This document shows positions 1 through 13,887 of a stretch of 64,000 nucleotides of DNA, one piece after another. The translations under genes and the position numbers were made by a program. Location of the stretch: the NCBI GenBank assembly GCA_951406725.2, contig OX597831.1, positions 76,508,001 to 76,572,000 of the forward strand, in the 5' to 3' direction. The notes beneath the pieces are model-generated. The model did not search any database, was not told where the DNA came from, and saw nothing but the letters and a program-made list of their open reading frames with translations. Source of the DNA: Octopus vulgaris. Taxonomy: Eukaryota. Each line of letters starts with the position of its first letter. Positions within the stretch are counted from its first letter, which is position 1.

Positions 1-280
1 ACCCTTTCGGGGTCGATTAAATAAGTACCAGATACGTACTAGGGTCGATATAATCAACTTAATCCGTTTGTCTGTCCTTGTTTGTCCTCTCTGTGTTTAG
101 CCCATTGTGGATAGTAAAGAAATAGGTATTTCGTCTGTCTTTACGTTCTGAGTTCTAATTCCGCCGAGGTCGACTTTCGAGGTCGATAAATTAAGTACCA
201 GGGAAACACTATGGTGGATGTAATCTACTAGTCCCCTCCCCACAAATTTCAGGCCTTCTGACTTGAGTAGAAAGGACTAT
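1..280 (+). mobile_element. SINE family B (tRNA-derived, Meta/MESC-like core), two tandem body units, 5' end outside window
   Basis: Core GAGGTCGACTTT...GGGGTCGATAAATTAAGTACCAG shared with about 15 other loci in the window; core-domain naming is from memory. Confidence 0.8.
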
Positions 281-291
281 CATCATCATCA

Positions 292-348
<57 letters not shown>

Positions 349-349
<1 letters not shown>

Positions 350-828
350 TGGATGAGAGCCATGAATGCCATCAGAGTGACACGCGGATAAAATATACGA
401 AGCTCAGTATACCCATCATGACTACCCGTCTGATAAGGGTACACCAGGCACATGCATCGCAACCATATGTACGTGACATGGTGATCTCAAATCAAGATAA
501 ACAGCACATGACCTTGCAGGCGGGGCCCAGTTAGAATTTCATTCATGTCAAGTAGTCCATCCCGCTCAAAAGGTCCCTGAATAAAATTTTGTTTAAGGAT
601 GTTGGGCGAAACACCCATTTTTCATGAGGTGAATTATTCAAACCCCAAAGAATTCCTTTCAGCACATGGCTATGATGCTCCCCCACTACTTCTGCTTGTG
701 ATCAGAGATGTACATATGGTCAGCCACTAAGGGACACCCTCAACTGGTTAAGGTCAAACAACTGATAAGCAAATCTGTGGTATTGAGCATAATACCATGA
801 AAGCCAGTGCCTGATGTTGCATCAAGGC

Positions 829-830
<2 letters not shown>
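349..830 (-). mobile_element. Family D non-coding interspersed repeat embedded in (TTA)n
   Basis: Homologous to 989-1465 and, inverted, to 25425-25657; (TTA)n on both sides; orientation is nominal. Confidence 0.75.
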
Positions 831-894
<64 letters not shown>

Positions 895-914
895 CATCAT
901 CATCATCATCATCA

Positions 915-969
<55 letters not shown>

Positions 970-988
970 GTTTATTATTATTATTATT

Positions 989-1465
989 GAGTGAGCGAGC
1001 AGAGCATGCCATCAAAGTGACACTGGGGTAAAATATACGAAGCCCAGTATACCCATCATGACTACCCGTCTGATAAGGGTACACCAGGCACATGCATCAC
1101 AACCATATGTGCGCGATATGGTGATCTCATATCAAGATAAACAGCACATGACCTTGCAGGTGGAGCCCAGTTAGAATTTTCTTCAGATCGAGTAACCCAT
1201 CCTGCTCAAAAGGTCCCTGAATAAGGGTTTTTAAGGACGTTGAACGAAACACCCATGTTTCCACAGGTGAATTATTCAAACCCCAAAGAATCCTTCTCAA
1301 CACATGGCTATGATTCCCCACTACTTTTCGTGATCAGAGATGCACATATCGTCAGCCACTAAGGGACATGCTCAACTGGTTAGGTCAAACAACTGACAAG
1401 CAAATCTTGGTATTGAGGTTATATAGAAAGTATTTGCGTAGGATATGAGCATCTTTATGACCAAG
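989..1465 (-). mobile_element. Family D repeat, second copy after a (TTA)n/(TCA)n tract
   Basis: Colinear with 349-790 (GCCATCAAAGTGACAC...CAAATCT). Confidence 0.75.
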
Positions 1466-1585
1466 ACTGACATTTGGGGTTTCCTGGTATACAGTTAGGT
1501 AACAGCCCTTTCCAATTCCCAGTTAAGATGACAAAGGTATTAGTCTTCAGCTTCCACATTTTGCTGATTTCTATTATTAATTATC

Positions 1586-1658
<73 letters not shown>

Positions 1659-1661
1659 TTT

Positions 1662-1720
1662 ATTACCTCCGACTTAGCGAAAGCGGAGGTATTGTTTTCA
1701 GTCGTGTTTGTTTGTCCATG
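1662..1720 (+). mobile_element. Possible Helentron/DINE-1-like terminal fragment
   Basis: TATTACCTCCG...CGGAGGTATTGTTTT hairpin followed by GTTTGTTTGTCC. Confidence 0.4.
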
Positions 1721-1879
1721 AGGACAAACTGTTGTTTCTGTGACTGCATTGAAGCTACTGCGCCCAAACCCCTATTATCTAGTTAGACAGAATCCGAGGG
1801 ATTGAATAGTGTAAAAGTTTGTCGTGAGGCCCATCAGAACGGACCTTAATCCTATTTCTGTTCTTTTTTTTTTTATTGT

Positions 1880-2185
1880 GGTACAAGATTTAGCCCTAAA
1901 CATGAGGGCACAAAATTAAACCGGAACATGGGAGCATAAGATTTGCCCCTAAATATGGGAGGACAAGATTGTTCCTAAACACGAGCGCGCAAGATTTGCC
2001 CCTAAAAGGTCAAGGCAAAGATTTACCCCCCCAAAATGAGAGTATAAGGTTGCCCCTAAACGTGAGGCACAAGATGGCAGAAAAGGACCCAAAATATGAA
2101 CATGTCAGATTGTCCCCGAAGCATGAGGGCACAATATTTGTTCCTAAATATGAGCGCACACGATTTGCCCTAAAACATGATGCAG
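1880..2185. repeat. Degenerate minisatellite, ~29 bp unit, about 10 copies
   Basis: Recurring CACAAGATTTGCCC(C)TAAA(C/T)ATGAG(G/C)G. Confidence 0.75.
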
Positions 2186-2740
2186 GGTTAACCATCCATC
2201 ACCACTAGCATCCGACTGGTGCCCAGTTTAGATCTAAGCATGGTATGGATTGGCAACCAGAAAGCTTTTGACAGTATCCCTCACTTGTGGGTCGCGGAAA
2301 TTAGTTGTGTTTCCACAACTAGTGGCCCAATTCTTTAAATTCAAGTTACATATCAATTTTTCTGGTAAACTCCTTGTAGTGTTTCTAGCAGTGCTGTTCC
2401 TTCCAATTTTCTATCACCCGAAACATGTCGTCTAAAAACAAAATGGTGGCGTTGTCAAGCCAGAAGATCGGATCATCCATTTTCCGGCTTGACTGACAAC
2501 TAGATCTTCCCCACGTGCGACAACAGCTGTTCGACATAAATCCACAAAGCAACAGAATACGGACACTTGATAAGTGCGTGCCGGGCGGTTTCATGCCCCT
2601 GCGTACTTCTCAGGTAGATTACATTACTGGCGGCACTAATTCGGTCATGTTTAAAGCGTTTATCATAAACAGACAATTCTCACTCACCCTTGTAGCGTTG
2701 CCACATCAAAAACTTTTAGAAATTATTCGTAATCTCAGTC

Positions 2741-3085
2741 GCAGGTTCCGGGTTCAGTACCACTGCATGTCACCTTGGGTAAAAGACTTCTAATATAGCC
2801 TCGAGCCGATCAAAACCTTGTGAGTGGATTTGGTAGACGGAAACTGAAAGAAGCCCATTGTGTTTATATATATATGAGTGTGTGTGTGTGTGTGTGTGTG
2901 TGCATGTGTTGCCCATCACCGTTTGTTTACGTCCCCGCAACTTAGCGGTTCAGCAAAAGAGAGCACTGCAATAAGGACCAAGTTTTTTTTTTAAATAATA
3001 AGTACGACTAAAAATTCTTCAAGGCGGTGCACCAGCATGGTCGCAGTCTAATGAGTGAAACAAGTAAAACTTAAAAGATAAAAGA
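2741..3085 (+). mobile_element. SINE family A (tRNA head, CORE-like CCTTGGGCAAG segment, internal (TA)/(TG) tract), diverged
   Basis: GTGAGTGGATTTGGTAGACGGAAACTGAAAGAAGCCC and tail GGCGGTGCACCAGCATGG...GAAACAAGTAAAA. Confidence 0.8.
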
Positions 3086-3744
3086 GACCTGAAAGTTTTC
3101 CAGAAGAGATTTCGAGGAAAATCATCGAAGCCCCAAATCTCTCCAGCGTCAGGTATCGTGAATGTACCTTCCACTGAAACGCTATGGAATACGAGGGTTG
3201 ACTTCCAGCCAACCACATGGTGAAGTGAGAGCATTTAGCCACATTTAGGATTTATAAGTCTCACCCTTGGTCTGCACTTGATCCAGTACTACAGTTCGGA
3301 TAAAAAGACAAACTGTTGAGTAAAGACGTGTCGCAAGAACAGCGATAAACAGATCTGTTTATCAGTAACATCATCAAATATTATTTCTATTAACTGCAAG
3401 TCGAGCCTATGCATTATCAGCCACGGTATCCTGAGTATCCTGGGCCTCCTGAGTAGCAGAAACTGTCTCTTTCAGCAAAATCAAAAGAGTATATATTCCA
3501 ATATTACAAAATGCTTCAAGAGGACGTCTAACATGATTTTAGTCACTTCTATCCAATATTTCAGGGACAGAAACCTTTCAATGTATTTCTAAGAAAGATG
3601 GGCTACCCCTACTCGCAACCTCTTTTCAGTTTTTATCCCTCTAAAGATCTGATCTCGATGCTCTTTAATCAAGAGACAAATGTCGCCTTTCACCTGGATT
3701 CACCTTTTCAGGTTTTGAACCACAACCCCACCAATGTGAAGGAA

Positions 3745-4145
3745 TATTCTTTTCTACTCTAGGCACAAGGCTCGAAATTTTTGGGAAGGGGGCCAGTCGA
3801 TTAGATCGATCTCAGTATGCAACTAGTACTTAATTTATTGACCCCGAAAGGATGAAAGGTAAAGTCGACTTCGGTGGAATTTGAACTCAGAACGTAAAGA
3901 CAGACGAAATACCTATTTCTTTACTACCTACAAGGGGCTAAACACAGAAGGGACAAACAAGGACAGACAAACGGATTAAGTCGATTATATCGACCCCAGT
4001 GCGTAACTGGTGCTTATTTAATCGACTCCGAAAGAATGAAAGGTAAAGTCGACCTCGCGGAATTTGAACTCAGAACGTAACGGCAGACGAAATACCACTA
4101 GGCATTTCGTCCGGCGTGCTAATGATTCTGCCAGCTCGCCGCCTT
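3745..4145 (-). mobile_element. SINE family B, head plus two body units
   Basis: Reverse complement of AAGGCGGCGAGCTGGCAGAATC...; body repeated at ~178 bp spacing. Confidence 0.85.
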
Positions 4146-4624
4146 GATGTGAAGGAATATCATACACACATTAGACTGATATTTGTAATGGTGAATTTTA
4201 TGTTAGAACGAAGTCTACAGATGTTAGAAGGGTAAGTGTGAAGAGTGACGATGTGTTAAGAGGTCACAGAAGCCCACACGCCACCATCGGGAACCTGGCT
4301 CGAATGGATGTACAAACCACTCGACGGCCAGGATGTGATGTTAAACTTGGGGGTGTGCTTAACCTGATATTCTATGGCAAGTTACTGGATGTTACTCATT
4401 ACATAGAAAACGTTTGCAGCTCCTCAATGACATTAATTGCGGATATTAGAAGAATGGTTACCAAGAGATAACTAACACGTGATATTCGAGGCTCACTCTT
4501 GAAGTTTTGAGACTTCGTTAGGAGAGGCAGTTGTAACAGTCTTAGATTATTGTAATTTTAGTATGTCACTACTGTACGTCTAAGAAGCTGACATGCCAAC
4601 TTTTGACAGCTATAAAAACACTTT

Positions 4625-5030
4625 GACTGTGTGGTAAGTAGCTTGCTTACCAACCACATGGTTCCGGGTTCAGTCCCACTGCGTGGCATCTTGGGCAAGT
4701 GTCTTCTACTATAGCCTCGGGCCGACCAAAGCCTTGTGAGTGGATTTGGTAGACGGAAACTGAAAGAAGCCCGTCGTATATATGTATGTATGTATATATA
4801 TGCGTGTGTGTGTTTGTGTGTCTGTGTTTGTCCCCCCTAGCATTGCTTGACAACCGATGCTGGTGTGTTTATGTCCCCGTTACTTAGCGGTTCGGCAAAA
4901 AGAGACCGATAGAATAAGTACTGGGCTTACAAAAGAATAAGTCCCGGGGTCGAGTTGCTCGATTAAAAGTGGTGCTCCAGCATGGCCACAGTCAAATGAC
5001 TGAAACAAGTAAAAGAGTAAACGAGTAAAA
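4625..5030 (+). mobile_element. SINE family A, near full length
   Basis: A box TGTGTGGTAAG, B-box-like GGTTCAGTCCC, GTAAAAGA tail. Confidence 0.9.
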
Positions 5031-5034
5031 GAGA

Positions 5035-5572
5035 ATACCCTGACAAGTTTGCAGTTGGGACGCGAAAGTAATTTGGGAACTTGCTTTCCAATAAGGTTTT
5101 GAGTGAAACTGGGCAAAAATGCGACAGAAACACATGAAATGCTCCAGACTGGTCGTGGATTAACTTGTACGAACCGAACATTTGTTTTCTGTTGGCACAA
5201 GAGGCCAGGCAAATCAAGTCCACTGGGATGCACATGATGATCTCTTTTTCGACAGCAAGGCCATCATCTACATCCACTGGGTTCCCTCTAGACACACAGT
5301 CACTGTCCCGCACCCTGCCTACAGTCCAAGCCTTGATCCCTGTGACTTTTGATTGTTCCCCCAAGCTGAAGGAGAATATGAAGGAGGCTGTGGCAAGGGG
5401 CCACGACTTCGATTAGGCCCCCACGCAGTGATTGGAGCGCTACAACAATTGCTTCTAAATCAGAAGATCCTACTTTGAGGGAGATTTTAGCCTTGTATTT
5501 CTCTGAAATTAATAAATGTCTCTCCTGGAAAAGTCTTAAACTTCTGGAATGCACCTTGTAAATTGGTCAGTA
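5035..5572 (+). mobile_element. Internally deleted mariner transposon remnant
   Basis: Translates to VKLGKNATETHEMLQT, ARQIKSTGMHMMISF, PCDF*LFPKLKE; terminal AAACTTCTGGAATGCACCTTGTA. Confidence 0.8.
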
Positions 5573-5617
5573 TGTAGCTGACCTACACTGTTTCAAATGA
5601 GATGGAAGCTCTTGTAG

Positions 5618-5873
5618 TAAAGATTATTTGCCAACATAACATGGCAGTCCTAGTTTAGGACGAGTGTTGCTGCAATTCAGCCCCAGGAGACATCGTCTCC
5701 AGCTGGCCATACGACACGATCTGTGTCCTTATAGTTTCAAACAAAGGAATCTAGCAAATATAAGGACACAGATCGTGTCGATAGCCAGCTGGAGACGAAG
5801 TCTCCTGGGGATAAATTACAGCAACATTCGTCCTAAACCAGGACTGCCATGTTATGTTGGCAGATAATCTTTA
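5618..5873. mobile_element. Palindromic MITE-like element (~256 bp)
   Basis: ~115 bp arms TAAAGATTATTTGCCAACATAACATGGCAGTCC... and ...GGACTGCCATGTTATGTTGGCAGATAATCTTTA. Confidence 0.85.
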
Positions 5874-6339
5874 TTCCAAAGTACTGTTGCTCTGAATATC
5901 CCACGTTTCGAGATTTCCAAATGGTAATTTTTTAATGAAAGCTGTTGATAGATCTGTTTGTGATTGTACAAATTTGTGCGTCTACCGACGACGACAAATT
6001 CAACCTTCTTGGCAAGCACTTCTGCAAAGGTGTTTCACTCTGTTTCGAGCAGAGTTACGGACGTGAAATAGTGTACTAAATGCCCTTTGCTCGGACCCTT
6101 CCTCTGCTTAGTTTTCATAAAACCTACGAACCGGGTATTGAAACCGTATCGAAGGTTTGACTTCAAACAACCACCAAACAAATACTGTCTTCGCCTTCCG
6201 CATGTGACGTTACCCATGCATCGTTGTTTGAGCCCAACAAACCACCAACGCAACCATCCATGTCATCCAGCCAACCGTGAACAAATCTACCCATCACCGA
6301 CCCAGCTTACTCGTTCATCCATCCATTCATTCCTGTATC

Positions 6340-7367
6340 CCGAACACACACACACACATTTACACACACAGAGACTTACACACACACACACACACACATA
6401 TATACACACACATACACACACGCACACACACACCCACACACACACACACTCACACACACACGCACACATTCACACACACACATTCACACACACACATATA
6501 CACGCACATACACACACACACACATACATTAACAAAAATACGCACACACATTTAAATGTGTCTATGCGAATGTATATGTTTATTTAAACACACACACACA
6601 CACAAATATATTCATATATACACACATTTATGGACACACACACACACATATAAAATTATATGGACACACATACATATATATATACATACATGTATACATA
6701 CATACACATACACCTACATATAAAATTATACATGCATACATACACACAAATATGCACACATACATACATACAGTTTTTTACATACACAAATATATATACA
6801 AATATATACACATACATACACGCACGCACACACACACACATACAAAATTGTACATACACACGCATATAAACACATATGTATGCATACATATATACACATA
6901 TGTATATGTACATATATACATATATACGTGCACACACATCCATACGGAATAATACACACACACACATGTATATATATGTGCTTACGATATAATACACACA
7001 CATACACACATATATTTATACATACATACACGGGCTTGCACACACATATACACATACATACATGTTCGCACACACGCACATATATACAAACATATACATA
7101 CATAAAAAGGCATACAAGTCAATCCGCGCACCTGCAATGTTACCAGTCCGACCAAACGCCATCCATCCGTCCATTCATCCATCCACCCATCCATGTAATT
7201 ACCTCCACCCCTCGCCATCCTCCTCCACATATTCCAGCCTCCACTGAGGATTACTAGACCGTGACGGAGGGCATCAATGTACGTGTACGACAGCCACAGC
7301 AACAGCGTCGATGACAACTGCAGCAGCAACAACAACAACAGCAGTAATAGTATTTGAAAACAACTTT

Positions 7368-7402
<35 letters not shown>

Positions 7403-7406
7403 AATG

Positions 7407-7437
<31 letters not shown>

Positions 7438-7461
7438 CACAACAACAACAACAACAACAAC

Positions 7462-7524
<63 letters not shown>

Positions 7525-7537
7525 AAGAATAGTAGCA

Positions 7538-7599
<62 letters not shown>

Positions 7600-8412
7600 T
7601 AGAACAACAACAATAATAATAGTAATTAGAATACGAAAAATCTGAATGAATTGGTGAGGCTGATGATGATGATGAAGATGATGCTACTGCTGCTGCTGGT
7701 GATGATGATGATAATAATGATGATGAAGAGGAGGGGGAGGAGGGGAGGAGGAGGAGTAATAAAGTGAGAAGAGTAAAGAAGATTAAGAGAAAGAAAGAGC
7801 AGATGAAAAGAGAAATACAAAAGAAAGGAAGAAAGGAAAGAAAGAAAACCAACTGAAAAGATAAGAAAGAAGACAAAAAGATGAAGGGAAGAAAAGAAAG
7901 AAAAAAGGAAAAGAGTATTTATCGAATTATGTACATAGCACACACACACACACACGTACACACACACACACATGCGTACACACACAAAAACACGTACACA
8001 CACACACACGTACATGTACACACACACACGTACACGTGCACACACACACACGTACACACACAAACACGTACACACGTACACACACACACACGTACACACA
8101 CACACACACGCGTACACACACACACGTACACATACACACACACGCGTACGCACACACGTAGATACACACACACGTACATACACACACACGTACACACACA
8201 CACACGCTCGTACGCACACACGTACACACACACACGTACACACACACACACGTACACACACCACTTAATCATATACATTATATGTATACAAAGACCGTTA
8301 TACGGAAGCACACTCGCACATAAACATACACACAGAAATCCACACATACATTTGCAAACATATACATTATATAGATACATATATACACACATATACACAC
8401 ACATATATGTAG

Positions 8413-8445
<33 letters not shown>

Positions 8446-8541
8446 AATATATATACACACACATATACACGTACACACACCACTTAATCATATACATTAT
8501 ATAGATACATATATACACACATATACACACGCATATATGTA

Positions 8542-8589
<48 letters not shown>

Positions 8590-8600
8590 TATACACACTG
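6340..8600. repeat. Compound microsatellite field: (CA)n/(TA)n, (GAT)n, (AAT)n, (CAA)n, (GAA)n, (CA)n punctuated by CGTA
   Basis: Directly visible. Confidence 0.95.
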
Positions 8601-9280
8601 GAAAGAGAACAACGGTAGTACTATAGCGACAATAGCAACAACAACAATAACAAGAAATATCTACAAAAGACATCAACAATAGATTTTAAACAACAACGTC
8701 AGCCTCCTATCTCGCCCTCCCAACCCACCCCCACCACCGCCAGGCTCGTTCGCTCTCTTTCTTTCTATCTATCTATCTACCTCTCCCCTCTCTCTCTCTC
8801 TCTCTTCCTTTCTAATACGGAACAGCCTCCATCTTGAAGTTTTAACACCTTTGCCTTTGTCCGGCCACGTGGCTGTTGTTTGTAGTTTCGGCCGGTTTCA
8901 AAGCCGCCCATCCCATCGCTTTTCGCTGTTCAATTGGTGTGGTTTTAACAAAGTTTTTTCGAAACTGGCGCTCAATGCAGAAAGACTTCAAGAAGAGAGA
9001 CAACGACGTCGACGTCGATGCGCCCCATTCGTCATGCCAGCTCGTGCGAGAAGGACTCCACCCCACCACTTCCAAAAACCGCCCGCCCCCCTCCCACTCT
9101 TATGACAAAATATATAAAGGGTGTAGGTGTGTGTATGTATGCATGTATGCATGTATGTATTTATGTATGTATGTATGTATATAAGTAGGCATGCATGTAT
9201 GTATGCCTGTATCTATGTATCAACATCCATCTACCTCTCTTTCTCTCTCTGTATACACACACATATATACATATACATAT

Positions 9281-9327
<47 letters not shown>

Positions 9328-9419
9328 CCAAACAAGAAAGCACAAAAAAACACAACAACGCGAGGACGTGGAACAAATATAGTATTATTGGACGCTCAGG
9401 AAAGAAGGAAAGAAGGAGG

Positions 9420-9454
9420 GTTTAACGTTTCGAGCGGAGCTCTTCGTCGGAAAC
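9420..9454 (-). ncRNA. Minimal type I hammerhead ribozyme motif (core variant CCGACGA)
   Basis: Minus strand GTTT-CCGACGA-A-GAGC tcc GCTC-GAAAC-GTT-AAAC; stems I and II pair fully; palindromic AACGTT at stem III. Confidence 0.6.
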
Positions 9455-9554
9455 ATAGGAGAAGGAAAGATCCAGAGAAGGAAAGACAGAGGGGAAAAAA
9501 TCGCCAACAGTACATACGAGGTCACAGAGAGAGAGAGGGAGAGAGAGAGAGAGG

Positions 9555-9595
<41 letters not shown>

Positions 9596-9847
9596 TACCG
9601 ACAAAATCGCAACTTCTCTCACTCTCTCCATCTCTCTCCCTCTCTCTCTCTACCTCCTTTGCTCTCTTTATCGCACACACTAACTCACGCATGTAATACA
9701 TAGATAGATCAATAGATCGACAGATAGAATGATGCAAAAATGCTAAGAGAGATACATAAACACACACACACACACATATATAGACACACGCATGATACAC
9801 ACACACACACACATACATACACACACACATATATAGACACACGCATG

Positions 9848-9878
<31 letters not shown>

Positions 9879-9956
9879 TACACACACACACACATATATG
9901 CCTCTTCAGATACACATATATGTAGCTGTAAAAATAAATATGCATATACGTATAAA

Positions 9957-9988
<32 letters not shown>

Positions 9989-10214
9989 TGTGTGTGTGTG
10001 TGTGTGCGTGTGTGTCTGTGAGCTTAAATCTAAGTTTAGGTGTAGAAAGTTAACAGTGATATTTTCATTTCTGTGTATATACATATATATGTACGTATAT
10101 GTGAGTGTATATACATGTCTACACACACACACACACACATACATATATACATAAAAATATGTAATATACTAATTTCATTATAGATATATATAATATGTGT
10201 GTGTGTGTGTGTAT

Positions 10215-10627
10215 ACTCTTTACTCTTTTACTTGTTTCAGTCATGTGAATGTGGCCATGCTGGAGCACGGCTTTAGTCGAGCAAATCAACCCCAGGACTT
10301 TGTAAGTCTAGTACTTATTCTATCGGTCTATTTTGCCGAACCGCTAAGTTACACACCAGCATCGGTTGTCAAGCGATGTTGGGAGAACAAACACAGACAC
10401 ACATGCACACACACATACATATGTGTATATATATATGTATATATACATATATATATAATATATACGACGGGCTTCTTTCAGTTTCCGTCTACCAAATCCA
10501 CTCACAACGCTTTGGTTGGCCCGAGGCTTTAGTAGAAGACACTTGCCCAAGTTGCCACGCGGTGTGACTGAACCCGGAACCATGTAGTTCGTAAGCAAGC
10601 TACTTACCACGCAGCCACTCCTATGCC
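10215..10627 (-). mobile_element. SINE family A, full length
   Basis: Reverse complement of family A. Confidence 0.9.
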
Positions 10628-10695
10628 TATATATATGTATATATACATACATATATGTATATATATATATGTATATATGTATATATATATATGTA

Positions 10696-10770
<75 letters not shown>

Positions 10771-11013
10771 TATTATATAATAAACAGGACTAGGTACTTT
10801 GAATAACAGATCATAATGTAATCCTTGTATTGTCCTCTGTACACCCTGATGAGTTACCATCCAAGGTATTTTAAAATGCAAAATTATATATTTGTATATG
10901 CTTTGTAGCTTTAATTTTATTTGAGAAATGAAACACTTGTAGGTGAACATTTGCATCCATTTGATCTCTCTGTTTTCTAATTCGATAGTAATGCTTGATA
11001 TTTTACGATATTA

Positions 11014-11176
11014 AGGCGTAGGAGTGGCTGTGTGGTAAGTAGCTTGCTTACGAACCACATGGTTCTGGGTTCAGTCCCACTACGTGGCACCTTGGGCAAG
11101 TGTCTTTTACTATAGCCACGAGCCGACCAAAGCCTTGTGAGTGGATTTGGTAGACGGAAACTGAAAGAAGCCCGTC

Positions 11177-11242
<66 letters not shown>

Positions 11243-11835
11243 TCAATATAGGGTGGCAAAAAAAAATTTTGTAGAATTCTTTTGCCACCAGCGGCCTAGT
11301 GGGAAAAAATTAAATAGTCATAGACCATTTTTAAGTTCAACATCAACAATCAAGGAACGGCCATAATAGGCCATTCACCCACTAGAAATAACAGCCAAAG
11401 CTTCAACCGCAAATATATATATATATGTATATGTATGTGCGTGTATATGTTTGTGTGTCTGTGTTTGTCCCTACAGCATTGCTTGACAACCGATGCTGGT
11501 GTGTTTACGCCCCCATAACTTAGCGGTTCGGCAAAAGAGACCGATCGAATAAGTACTAGGCTTACAAAGAGTAAGTCCTGTGGGTCGATTTGCTCGACTA
11601 AAGGCGGTGCCCCAGCATGACCACACTCACGTGACTGAAACAAGTAAATAAAAAAGAGATCTAAATATCCTCATACTCTTTTACATATATATATACATAT
11701 ATACGACGGGCTTCTTTTAGTTTCTGTCTGCCAAATCCTTTCCAAAGACTTTGATCGGACTGAGGCTATAGAGGAAGACAATTGTCCAAGGTGGTTCGTA
11801 AGCAAGCTACTTACCACACAGCCGCTCCTACGCCT
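11014..11835. mobile_element. SINE family A cluster: + copy (11014-11660) interrupted in its internal (TA)n, then a - strand 5' half (11700-11835)
   Basis: Head AGGCGTAGGAGTGGCTGTGTGGTAAG at 11014; 3' half resumes near 11440. Confidence 0.85.
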
Positions 11836-11874
11836 TTATAAAATTTATATATATATATATATATAAAATATATA

Positions 11875-12070
11875 GTTGAAATTTATAGAACAAAACAAAA
11901 GACGAAGACAGGTGTATAAACAACAAGCAGATGTATTAGTTTGACGCTTGGGAAGGTGAACAAGTCTTTTACGTTTCGAGCCTACGCCCTTCAACGGGGC
12001 AGAACACGAGGAAATAAACACGAGAGAGAATATATAAAAAAACTTATGGATTTAGCGGTCAATCACGGCG
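11875..12070 (-). mobile_element. Short non-coding repeat carrying a degenerate hammerhead motif at 11965-11999
   Basis: Minus CCGTTGA-A-GGGC gtag GCTC-GAAAC-GTA; downstream part homologous to 37267-37360 (+). Confidence 0.55.
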
Positions 12071-12512
12071 ACTCATGATTTATATGTGTGTGTGTGTGTG
12101 TGTCTATGAGTTTAGCACAAGGCCAACAATTTCTGGTGGCGTGTTTAAACGACTACCGTGACCCTAGCCGTTAACTGGTACTTATGTTATCGGACCCGAA
12201 AGGACGACACGCGAAGTCGGCTTCGGCGGAATATGAACTCAGAATATAAAGACATCATCGCTTCACACACACACACATATACATGTATGCATATATTCAT
12301 ATATAGGTACATATGTATGCCCGTGTGTATGCATGCATATATGTTGTGTATATGTATTCATACACATATATGCATACGTACATGTACGTGTATATGTATA
12401 TCTATCTATCTATCTGTCTATCTATTGTCTGCCTGTCTATCTACAAATATATATGTGTGTGTATGTATATATATATATAAAGATGAATATATATACATAT
12501 ATACATATATGA

Positions 12513-12569
<57 letters not shown>

Positions 12570-12692
12570 TATATATATATACGCACATATATACATACAT
12601 ACATACATACATATACATGCATACATATATACGTTTACATATGTATGCGCATATGTATATCTATCTATCTATTTATACACACGCACACACAC

Positions 12693-12723
<31 letters not shown>

Positions 12724-12906
12724 CATATATGTATGAGTGTATATATATATATATGTGTGTGTGTATGTATGTTTATATATGTATGTATGTATATATGTAT
12801 GTATATATATATATATATATACACGCACATACGCACGCACGCACACACGCACACACACACACCCACCCACAAGCACGCACACACACACACACACACACGC
12901 AGAGAA

Positions 12907-12979
<73 letters not shown>

Positions 12980-13514
12980 CACACGCACACACTGAAAAAT
13001 AAAGTGAGCACAACATACACAGAATGATCGTAGGGGAAAACAAGGCACGTGACCGAAAAGGTGTCGCCGTATTTTTTCCGGTAATAAAGCACTGGCCACG
13101 CCCCTCTGGTCACCCTTACACACCCAGGTCGCCGGCGGACCCCGTGCCGCCAACGTCCCACCCGATGGCACACCACCTTTAAATTGTCGTTTCTGAGAAT
13201 CAACAAACGGCTCCGAATTATCCGTGAAATATAAAATATAAAGAGATTGCGATTTGAAGCTATACATCTGTAAAATTCCCTTCAAGAAAGTACAGTTTAA
13301 GGGGAGGGGCCCTTGTTGTTATTGGGTGTTGATGTTCTTATTGTTGTCGTTGTTGCTGCTGTTGTTGTTTGTTGAATTTAATTAATTGATTAACACGCCA
13401 GAGTTGTTCAAAGAATTGTTTAAACCTATAAACAGAATACAGGAGAGAAAGAAAAAAGCGATATGTATTTCTGTGTGTGTATGTAGATATGCTTGTGTTT
13501 TGTGTGTTTATATG

Positions 13515-13558
<44 letters not shown>

Positions 13559-13856
13559 CATACACACACACATAAACACGAGCATGTATACATACACGTA
13601 CATACGTATATACGTATATATATATATACATATATACAGTAAAAGCAATTAAGATTCAAGATATGTTTATACATATATACATATATAAATTTACATGCAT
13701 ATATAAATATACATGCATGTATAATATATACATACGTATATATATATATATATATAAATATATATGTGTGTGTACACACACACACACATACGCATTCATA
13801 CCTGTATAAGTATATTATGTATACTTCCATCTGTATGTGTATATACGTATGAATGC

Positions 13857-13887
<31 letters not shown>

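Noticed and set aside
1880-2185. CRISPR-like spaced repeats (also the SINE B arrays and 166 bp repeat)
   Set aside because: No unique spacers or cas genes; eukaryotic tandem repeats
3290-4600. Possible old Penelope-like coding remnants around the SINE (similar ICNGE string near 54470)
   Set aside because: Too decayed to assign by eye
6087-8679. HT/CV/YI-rich ORFs here and throughout the window
   Set aside because: Dinucleotide microsatellite artefacts
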